64,000 nucleotides of DNA from an uncultured Verrucomicrobiae bacterium (lineage in GTDB: Bacteria > Verrucomicrobiota > Verrucomicrobiia > Chthoniobacterales > UBA10450). Of the stretch, positions 39,418 through 47,099 are shown piece by piece (position 1 is the first letter of the stretch; every line of letters starts with the position of its first letter). The position numbers and the translations under genes are program-made. The notes below the pieces were generated by a model that was not told the DNA's origin, did no database searches, and saw only the letters and a list, made by a program, of their open reading frames with translations. The stretch covers positions 19,976 through 83,975 of the forward strand of contig CAWBIP010000007.1 in the NCBI GenBank assembly GCA_963789045.1, in the 5' to 3' direction.

Positions 39418-40536
39418 CTAGGCGAGTACTTCCACACCGACCGCTTCGCTAACGCAGCGAGTCACGTATTCGATCTGTTCTTCGGTCAACTCCGGAAACA
39501 TTGGCAACGAAAGAAATTCGTCGGCGAGATTCTCCGCTATTGGGAATGCGCCCTTTGTATAGCCGAGATTTCGGCAGGCCCCTTGGAGATGAACCGGAAT
39601 TGGATAATGCACAGCACACCCGATTCCTTTTTCTTGAAGACGTCGCTGGACTGCATCGCGCTCCTGAACGCGAATGGCGTAGACGTGGTAAACGTGTCGC
39701 GCGTAATTTGCCTCGAACGGTGTAAGAACCTCTTCAATTCCGGCGAAAGCCTGATTGTATTCAAAGGCATGTTTACGCCGCAGGGAATTTGCTTCGTCAA
39801 GATGACGCAGTTTGATCGACAAGACTGCCGCCTGAATGCCGTCCATCCGGCAGTTCCATCCCATCATGGAGTGGTAATATTTTCGTGACTGGCCGTGGTC
39901 TCGCAGCATCTGGATTTGATTCCGTAACTCAGGGTCGTTCGTCACGACGGCGCCGGCCTCGCCGAAGGCGCCAAGATTTTTTCCGGGATAAAAACTGAAG
40001 CAACCCGCGTCGCCCATCGTGCCTGCTTTTCGGCCTTTGTACTCAGCGCCATGCGCCTGAGCGGCATCTTCAACGACGAAAAGTCCGTTTGCGCGTGCAA
40101 ATTCCAAAATCGGGTCCATGTCCGCCGGTTGCCCGAAAAGGTGAACTGGAATGATCGCTTTGGTTTTCTCGGTGAGGCTCTTCTCAAGTTCCGACGCGTT
40201 CATCGTGAATGTGTTTTGGTCCACATCCACAAAGACTGGTCGAGCCTTGCAGTAAGTAATCGCCTCGGCGGTGGCGATAAATGTGTTTGGAACCGTAATG
40301 ACTTCGTCGCCTTCACCAATTCCCAGAGCCAGTAGTGTAAGCCAAAGTGCGTCAGTGCCATTGCCCACGGCGATTGCGTAGGAGGACCCGCAGAATGTCG
40401 CGAACTCCTCTTCGAACTTTTCCACGAATGGCCCACCGGCAAAGGCGCTGCTCTCGATTACTTCGCGAATAGCGCGATCGAACTTTTCAATTAAAGGAGC
40501 GTGATGCGCCTTCAAATCGAGGAAGGGAACTTTCAT
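39418..40536 (-). CDS. DegT/DnrJ/EryC1/StrS-family PLP-dependent sugar aminotransferase
   Basis: 372-aa ORF with MKVPFLDLKAHH...VGNGTDALWLTLLALGI...FSFYPGKNLGAFGEAG... Confidence 0.85.
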   Translation of the reverse strand: MKVPFLDLKAHHAPLIEKFDRAIREVIESSAFAGGPFVEKFEEEFATFCGSSYAIAVGNGTDALWLTLLALGIGEGDEVITVPNTFIATAEAITYCKARPVFVDVDQNTFTMNASELEKSLTEKTKAIIPVHLFGQPADMDPILEFARANGLFVVEDAAQAHGAEYKGRKAGTMGDAGCFSFYPGKNLGAFGEAGAVVTNDPELRNQIQMLRDHGQSRKYYHSMMGWNCRMDGIQAAVLSIKLRHLDEANSLRRKHAFEYNQAFAGIEEVLTPFEANYARHVYHVYAIRVQERDAVQRRLQEKGIGCAVHYPIPVHLQGACRNLGYTKGAFPIAENLADEFLSLPMFPELTEEQIEYVTRCVSEAVGVEVLA

Positions 40537-40622
40537 TTTGTGTTTAGCTTATGCGGTGGATCTGGCGTGTTGAGGTCAAGCTTCACACGCTGCGCTGAGT
40601 TGATGTAAAGCGTGCGCGCAAC

Positions 40623-41717
40623 TCATCCAGCGAATGCTTCAACCTGAAGCATTTCTTCCGCTTTGACCGGGGCGAGAACCTGCGCTGCACTACTCGAATG
40701 AGAAAGTGTCACCGGTGCACCGTTCATTTTGAGGGAAGCGCTAGCGGCTTCGAGGATCCTGACCATCTCCAACCCCCGTCCCCCATTCGTTAACGGTTGA
40801 GAATTCGTTTTGATGCAGTCGATAAAGTGCTGACAGGACAGCTTTAGCGGCTCCTCCTGATGGAGGTATGGGATGTAACTGTCTCCGTAATGGTAGGAAT
40901 ATTGAAATTCGGCGAACGTGTCGTAATGCGGCGGACGTTCTACTCGTGCGTCGTAAATGCGGATTTTCTCGCGGGTCCGCAAATCATCATAGACGATCAT
41001 GCGTCGCGTACCGACGATAGTCATTTCGCGAATTTTCCGTGGCTCGAGCCAGCTGCTTTGGATGGTTGCGAAGCGTTTACGCGAGAAGGATAGCGACATG
41101 TTAGTCACGTCTTCCACTCCGGGCGTAATATGAGCGTTTCCCTGGCAGTTAATCGTGGTGGGCAATTCGTCCAGAATATGGAGAATGATCGAGATGTCGT
41201 GCGGCGCCAGATCCCACGCAACGTTAATGTCCCTTTGGAACAGTCCCAGATTGAGACGCCGGCAATTGATATAGCGGATCTCACCCAGATCTCCTGCTTG
41301 AACAATTTCGGCAATCTTTTGCACTGGCGAAGAGTAGAGAAAAGTGTGATCGATCATCAAAACCAGACCATTGCGGTCGGCGATTTCGATTAGTTCTTCG
41401 CACTCGGCTGAAGACGACGCCATCGGTTTTTCGATGAACGTATGCTTGCCTGCCAGGAGGCTTGCCTTGGCCAATGAATAATGATGCTTCACTGGCGTGG
41501 CAATGACGACGGCGTCTACGTTCGCGCTGTTGAGAAGTTGCTGCGTCTGCGTCAGGCCTTCGATGTCCGGATACAGCGCGCGGACATGTTTTAGGCGCTC
41601 AGTATTGAGGTCGCAGACGGCTTTGAGCTGGCAGTCCGCAAGACCTTTGAAGTTGCGAACCAGCAGCGGCCCCCAGTAGCCGCACCCGATTATGCCGACG
41701 CTGATTTGTTTCTTCAT
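40623..41717 (-). CDS. Gfo/Idh/MocA-family oxidoreductase (WbpB-like)
   Basis: 364-aa ORF with ISVGIIGCGYWGPLLVRNF...VVIATPVKHHYSLAKASLLAGKHTFIEKP. Confidence 0.8.
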   Translation of the reverse strand: MKKQISVGIIGCGYWGPLLVRNFKGLADCQLKAVCDLNTERLKHVRALYPDIEGLTQTQQLLNSANVDAVVIATPVKHHYSLAKASLLAGKHTFIEKPMASSSAECEELIEIADRNGLVLMIDHTFLYSSPVQKIAEIVQAGDLGEIRYINCRRLNLGLFQRDINVAWDLAPHDISIILHILDELPTTINCQGNAHITPGVEDVTNMSLSFSRKRFATIQSSWLEPRKIREMTIVGTRRMIVYDDLRTREKIRIYDARVERPPHYDTFAEFQYSYHYGDSYIPYLHQEEPLKLSCQHFIDCIKTNSQPLTNGGRGLEMVRILEAASASLKMNGAPVTLSHSSSAAQVLAPVKAEEMLQVEAFAG

Positions 41718-41771
41718 ACTTTTCGAGCTGATTCCGCGAGGCCTTGTAAGATCGTCGTTGGTGAGCGCGGA

Positions 41772-42611
41772 CTATTTCGAGTCGATTCTACTAACTTCTA
41801 CTAACGTTTGTAAAATTGGTGCCGGTGCGTAGAGAGTGCCGTCTGGCCGGTTATGGTGTGTTGCCGATCTGGATTCGACTAGCTGCCCAGCAATAACGGC
41901 GCAGGTCTTGAGCATAATTTTCAGATCGAGGAGAATCGATAGGTTCTTTACATAGAACAGGTCCATCACGATCATCTCGTTGAACGTCGTTTTATTCTTG
42001 CCGTTTACCTGCCAGTATCCGGTCAAGCCCGGCAGAGCGTTCACGCGTTCTCGTTGCCATGGCTCGTAATGGGCAAATTCATTTGGCGTGCAGGGCCGCG
42101 GCCCAACCAGGCTCATCTCACCGCAAAGCACGTTGAAGATTTGAGGCAACTCGTCCAACCCGCTCGCACGCAGAAATCGACCGAAAGGGGCGAGGCGTGG
42201 ATCGCCATAAGCATCCAGCTTCGTCATCGGACGATCGACCCTCATCAGTTCCTGGAAGTAGTGTTCGTGAGTTTGCGTTTCGGCACTCACCTTCATTGTC
42301 CGGAACTTCCAGATAGAAAAATGTCTTCCTCCAAGGCCGACACGCTTTTGGCGGTAGAAGATTGGGCCTGGCGAGGCGAGTCGCGTCATCAGCATGAGCA
42401 AAATCATTAGCGGCAGCCAAATCGGCAGCGCAAGCAGAATGCATGTGATGTCGAGGGTCGATTTCCAGCCGGGTACCCTGTGCACCGGCGCGTCTGGAAA
42501 GTCGATTGTAACACGAGGCGCTTTCGCCCCGTTCCCGTTCGAACTGTTATAGGGCAAGCTGCCGCCCTTGGTCGCCCGCCCGACATGCGGGCGATAGCCT
42601 TCTATCCTCAT
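41772..42611 (-). CDS. Polyprenyl-phosphate sugar-phosphate transferase (bacterial sugar transferase family; priming enzyme); first gene of the locus
   Basis: 279-aa ORF with SPGPIFYRQKRVGLGGRHFSIWKFRTM...GLDELPQIFNVLCGEMSLVGPRP...LPGLTGYWQV. An SD-like GGAAGGAA lies upstream of the ATG at 42611. Confidence 0.85.
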   Translation of the reverse strand: MRIEGYRPHVGRATKGGSLPYNSSNGNGAKAPRVTIDFPDAPVHRVPGWKSTLDITCILLALPIWLPLMILLMLMTRLASPGPIFYRQKRVGLGGRHFSIWKFRTMKVSAETQTHEHYFQELMRVDRPMTKLDAYGDPRLAPFGRFLRASGLDELPQIFNVLCGEMSLVGPRPCTPNEFAHYEPWQRERVNALPGLTGYWQVNGKNKTTFNEMIVMDLFYVKNLSILLDLKIMLKTCAVIAGQLVESRSATHHNRPDGTLYAPAPILQTLVEVSRIDSK

Positions 42612-43006
42612 CTGATGGTTCCTTCCAACTACTGCTAACCCCGCAACCGTGCGGGACTACGTGAGTGAGGAGGCGCCGCATCTAGGTCTCCCGTCCATTA
42701 AAGAGACGTGACCGAGGAGCGGGCCCTCGAAAAACTCACCCTAAAAAATGTCAAAACCGGGGGGCAAAGCAGGAAACGAAAATCGAAATCAGGCCAGTAG
42801 AACGACGTTTGGCCGCAGGCTGGACGGCACGCCGGGAGACGCTGTTGGATTGGTCTAATTTCCCGCACGCTTACTTCTACGGAAACTAGAGGGTGAAGGT
42901 TCCGATTATTTTGCAAGACAAGGAAATTTGACAACACTGTCACAATCCAAGGATCACGCTCCGAAATACAAGCAAAGCGATGATCGCAGGTGATCGATTC
43001 GCACAC

Positions 43007-43195
43007 TTACTCGATTTCGGAGAGAAGAGTATCGAGATTTTCGCTCTCCGAGCCGTCGTCTTCAGCCAGTCCCGTTTGCACCAAACACCCGAGGCAAAGG
43101 CCGTTGTGCATCCGCACCACTCCGCAACAGTGCGGGCACTCGTCGTGCTCGTGCGGGGTCGCTGATACAGAATCAGTAAAGCCGGTAAGATCCAT
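43007..43195 (-). CDS. Hypothetical 62-aa Cys-rich mini-protein (zinc-ribbon-like CPHCC...GLCLGC)
   Basis: This ORF sits in the roughly 0.9-kb gap upstream of the locus (other track ORFs in the gap were dismissed). ECPHCCGVVRMHNGLCLGCLVQTGL resembles the N-terminal Cys motif that precedes many bacterial Ser/Thr kinases, but no kinase domain follows. Confidence 0.3.
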   Translation of the reverse strand: MDLTGFTDSVSATPHEHDECPHCCGVVRMHNGLCLGCLVQTGLAEDDGSESENLDTLLSEIE

Positions 43196-43532
43196 TTTTC
43201 ATTGTCCCAGCTGGCTGCTGGTCGCTAACTGCGCTCCGTTTGTTCGTGGTCTTAAGGCGATTCGTTGGCCAGAACCGCTTTCTCTGGTGACGATTGTTTG
43301 GGCCCAATGACGGTACCCGCAATCTCGCCAAGCTTGGTGGCCAAGAAGGATAAGTGTGAGGTCTAGCATTACACCGTGCACAAGCACTTCTACGGGAACC
43401 AGGGAATAAAGTTCCCTCAAAACGCTCATCGAAAGGGAAAAAAGTCTGGTTTTTACACGATTGTTTCAATTACGGTTGAGCGAGCTAGCCAATTTGCATT
43501 CACAAAAAAATGGAAGCGAGGTATTGAGACCG

Positions 43533-44117
43533 ATGAGCGAATCATTTCTGGTTTTAAAGACTGCAGTCGCGGCGGCGAACGAGACGCTGCAATCGCTTCT
43601 CGACCTTGACTCGCAGGTAGCGAAGGTCGCAGACCTGATTGAGCAATGTTTGCGCGCCGGAAATAAGTTGCTCGTTTGCGGCAATGGCGGCAGTGCGGCC
43701 GATGCATCGCATTTTGCAACGGAGTTTGTAGTCCGATTCATGAAGGATCGTCCTGCCTATCCCGCAATCTGTCTCGCCGGCGATGGTGGACTGCTTACGG
43801 CGGCGGGCAACGATTATGGTTTCGACGAAATCTTCGCTCGCCAGGTCGCGGCTTTTGGCCTTCGAGGAGATGTGCTGATTTGCCTGACGACCTCTGGCAA
43901 ATCCAGGAATATTGAGCGCGCACTACAGGAAGCAAAGGCGCGTAAACTTAAGACTATTGCTTTCCTCGGTCGCGACGGCGGTTCAACCATTGGGATGGCT
44001 GAGGTTGATCTCCTGGTTCGCAGCAATTCCACGGCGCGGATCCAGGAAGCGCATCAGCTTCTGCTGCACGTGCTGTGCGAGATCTCGGAAACGCGCCTGT
44101 CTGGAAACAAGCTGTAG
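43533..44117 (+). CDS. gmhA: SIS-domain phosphoheptose isomerase (GmhA/DiaA-like)
   Basis: The ORF runs from 43461; I prefer the ATG at 43533 (MSESFLVL). LLVCGNGGSAADASHFATEFVVRF, AGNDYGFDEIFARQV and LICLTTSGKSRNI are GmhA-type motifs. Confidence 0.75.
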   Translation: MSESFLVLKTAVAAANETLQSLLDLDSQVAKVADLIEQCLRAGNKLLVCGNGGSAADASHFATEFVVRFMKDRPAYPAICLAGDGGLLTAAGNDYGFDEIFARQVAAFGLRGDVLICLTTSGKSRNIERALQEAKARKLKTIAFLGRDGGSTIGMAEVDLLVRSNSTARIQEAHQLLLHVLCEISETRLSGNKL

Positions 44118-44178
44118 AGGTGCGGTGTGCCGCCTGCGTTTCGAGAAAAGTAGCAGCCGAAACCGCTGCCACAGCAAA

Positions 44179-45030
44179 TTACTCGGATCTTTTTAGAAGG
44201 CGCTCGCGTTCGCGATCAAGTTGCCGCCGTTCGCTCGCTGTCAAACTACCGATTCCAAACTTCGAAATCTTGTCGAGGATTGGATCGATTGAACCGTAAA
44301 CGTCATCCGGCTCCACCGAGCGGCTGGAACGCATTTTGGGGACAACATGGAACTTTGGCCGGGGAGCGAAGCGCGTTTTCAATGCGTCCCACCACGGAAG
44401 TTCCGGCCCCGCGCCATGCATTTCAATGAAAAGGAACGCTGCGCCCATGCTTGTCCAGAGTACGACAAGCGTCGGCCAGTCATGCGCGGCCAGTGCGCTG
44501 AGCGTTCCGATTGCCGCAAGTATGAGGACGACCCATTTCGACGCAATGCGCAGAAAAATCTGGACGTTCGGATAAATCGTCACGAACGCTACAAAGATAG
44601 CGAAATGGAGCGCGCCGGAACCGTATACGGCGGTTGGCATCCACAATCCCCACAGTGCTAAGATCAAAGGGGGCAGAAGTAGCAAAACCAAGTACAAGGC
44701 GATGAAAGTGCGCTGTCCGATAAAGCGTTCTACTTCCCGCCCGAAAACGAATAGCATGTACATCTCCACAGCAAACCAAAGCAGACCGGACGGTGTCGGC
44801 GCATGTACGAACGCGTAAGTGAAAAGCCGCCACACTTGGCCGCCTGACCAAATTGCTGCGCTGTTGAACTGTAAATACGCCAGGGCCGGAGCTGCCCCCA
44901 ATGCGACGAGCATCGCCGTTAGAATGGCGACGGCCACGTGCAACCCAACCAGCATCGTGGTGACATCGACGGGATAACGGCCCATCCACGCAACCGGCCG
45001 ATAATCATCGGAGGTGGTGACCCCGAACAT
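44179..45030 (-). CDS. Rhomboid-family intramembrane protease-like protein with a DUF6576-like C-terminal tail
   Basis: 283-aa multi-TM ORF with YAFVHAP...EMYMLFVFG and VYGSGALHFAIF (a GxSG-like position). The tail IDPILDKISKFGIGSLTASERRQLDRERERLLK resembles a tail seen on rhomboid-like proteins. Confidence 0.55.
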   Translation of the reverse strand: MFGVTTSDDYRPVAWMGRYPVDVTTMLVGLHVAVAILTAMLVALGAAPALAYLQFNSAAIWSGGQVWRLFTYAFVHAPTPSGLLWFAVEMYMLFVFGREVERFIGQRTFIALYLVLLLLPPLILALWGLWMPTAVYGSGALHFAIFVAFVTIYPNVQIFLRIASKWVVLILAAIGTLSALAAHDWPTLVVLWTSMGAAFLFIEMHGAGPELPWWDALKTRFAPRPKFHVVPKMRSSRSVEPDDVYGSIDPILDKISKFGIGSLTASERRQLDRERERLLKRSE

Positions 45031-45182
45031 GCTTTCAATTAATGCCGCGCACTGTTCTTGCGCAAGCGTGATTCGTAATTCGTAAGATTCTTATACCGTT
45101 ACCGCCGGGAAAACGATTTGACCGTTTACTATTCGACGTGGCGAAGCTGTTCATTCGTGCTTAAGATGGACACCCTCGTTTC

Positions 45183-46988
45183 ATGAAAAATATCGCGCCT
45201 GCCATATTCCCGCCCAATGGAATCGGCGATACGAAGCCGACGAACCAGGCGGTCCTCGATTGGGTACACGAAATCGGAAAACTGACAAAGCCGGAGAACA
45301 TTTTCTGGTGCGACGGTTCCGAGCGCGAAAATGAATTTTTGATTGCGGAATCGTTAAAGCAGAACGTGCTGATTAAGCTGAACGAGAAAAAAGTTCCGCG
45401 CTCGTATTTGCACCGATCCAACCCGAACGACGTCGCGCGCGTCGAGAAGGTCACATTCATTTGTACGCCGACCAAAGACGAAGCTGGGCCAACAAACAAC
45501 TGGTCGGAACCGGCAGACACATATTCGAAATTATATGGACTGCTGAATGGCGCGATGCGTGCACGCACCATGTTTGTCGTGCCGTACATCATGGGACCGC
45601 CCGATTCGCAGCTGACGAAAGTCGGGTTTGAAATCACCGATTCAAAATACGTCGTGCTCAGCATGCGAATCATGACACGTATGGGCAAAATTGCACTGAA
45701 CCGCCTGGGCAACGATCCAAAAGCGGAATGGAACCGTGGCGTGCATTCATTGTTAGATGTCGACCCTGATCGGCGGTTCATCTGTCATTTTCCCCAGGAC
45801 AATACAATTATCTCGGTCGGCTCTGGATACGGCGGCAACGTTTTGCTAAGCAAGAAATGCTTCGCGCTGCGCATTGGCTCGTATCTCGCGCGTAAGCAAG
45901 GCTGGATGGCGGAGCACATGCTGATTCTCGGCGTTGAATCGCCCGAAGGAAAAAAACATTACGTGGCTGCCGCGTTCCCCAGCGCCTGCGGCAAAACCAA
46001 TTTTGCAATGTTGATTCCGCCGGCGCACTTCAATGGCTGGAAAGTGACCACCGTGGGCGACGACATCGCGTGGATGGAAATTCGCGACGGCCGTTTGTTC
46101 GCCGTGAATCCCGAGAACGGTTATTTCGGCGTCGTTCCCGGCACAAGTTACAAATCGAATCCGAACGCGATGAAATCGATCGAGCACGACACGCTTTATA
46201 CCAATGTCGCGTTCACTGACGATGCTGACGTCTGGTGGGAAGGAAAAGATGGCACGCCGCCGAAGCATGCCATCGACTGGCGCGGGAACGCTTGGACGCC
46301 CGACTCAAAAGAAAAAGCCGCGCATCCAAACAGTCGGTTCGCCACGCCGATGCGCAATAATCCGGCTCTCGATCCCGACGTTGAAAAAGGCAAAGGTGTT
46401 CCGATCAGCGCGATCATTTTCGGCGGTCGCCGCAGTGACACGGTGCCTTTGGTTTACGAGGCGTTGGATTGGAATCACGGCGTTTATCTCGGAGCTACAA
46501 TGGCCTCAGAGACAACCGCAGCCGCGACGGGTGCTGTCGGCAAAGTCCGGCGCGATCCCATGGCAATGTTGCCTTTCTGCGGTTACAACATCGGCGATTA
46601 TTTCCGGCATTGGATGGACATCGGAAAACGTCTTACCAATCCACCTCTCATCTTCAACGTGAACTGGTTCCGCAAAGGCGAGAATGGAAAATTCCTCTGG
46701 CCGGGCTTCGGCGAGAACATGCGAGTGCTTAAATGGGTCATTGATCGCTGCGAACGGAGAGGCGGCGCGGTCAAATCGCCCGTCGGCTGGTTGCCTAGCC
46801 CCCACGACCTTGATCTGAAAGAGCTTGATATCGACCATAAATCTGTCGCCGACCTTCTCGGAATCGATCACGAGGAATGGCAAAAAGAACTCGCCGAGCA
46901 CAAAAAGTTTTTTGATTCGTTAGGCGGAGTCGTGCCGGAGGAGCTGTTGAAACAGCGTGAACAGCTCGTCGCGCGTTTCAAACTGTAG
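45183..46988 (+). CDS. pckG: Phosphoenolpyruvate carboxykinase (GTP)
   Basis: Intact 601-aa ORF with AAFPSACGKTNFAML (kinase-1a P-loop), TVGDDIAWM and NWFRKGENGKFLWPGFGENMRVLKW. Confidence 0.9.
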   Translation: MKNIAPAIFPPNGIGDTKPTNQAVLDWVHEIGKLTKPENIFWCDGSERENEFLIAESLKQNVLIKLNEKKVPRSYLHRSNPNDVARVEKVTFICTPTKDEAGPTNNWSEPADTYSKLYGLLNGAMRARTMFVVPYIMGPPDSQLTKVGFEITDSKYVVLSMRIMTRMGKIALNRLGNDPKAEWNRGVHSLLDVDPDRRFICHFPQDNTIISVGSGYGGNVLLSKKCFALRIGSYLARKQGWMAEHMLILGVESPEGKKHYVAAAFPSACGKTNFAMLIPPAHFNGWKVTTVGDDIAWMEIRDGRLFAVNPENGYFGVVPGTSYKSNPNAMKSIEHDTLYTNVAFTDDADVWWEGKDGTPPKHAIDWRGNAWTPDSKEKAAHPNSRFATPMRNNPALDPDVEKGKGVPISAIIFGGRRSDTVPLVYEALDWNHGVYLGATMASETTAAATGAVGKVRRDPMAMLPFCGYNIGDYFRHWMDIGKRLTNPPLIFNVNWFRKGENGKFLWPGFGENMRVLKWVIDRCERRGGAVKSPVGWLPSPHDLDLKELDIDHKSVADLLGIDHEEWQKELAEHKKFFDSLGGVVPEELLKQREQLVARFKL

Positions 46989-47099
46989 TCGTCAGCATCT
47001 GGACGACAGGCCCGCGTGTGCGGTTCGCGCAAGAGGCGCTTCGCACAGCGAAGCGGCTACAGAATTTGCGAATCGCTTGACTGGCAGCGAATATTTCCA

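Noticed and set aside
47016-47099. The N-terminal extension of the UvrA paralog from the GTG at 47016 (MCGSRKRRFAQRSGYRICESLDWQRIFP..).
   Set aside because: The extension begins 28 nt after the pckG stop, is Arg-rich and lacks conservation features. The UvrA homology begins at ..CIEIRGARQNNLK, so a later start is more plausible, for example the GTG at 47100. The true start remains uncertain.
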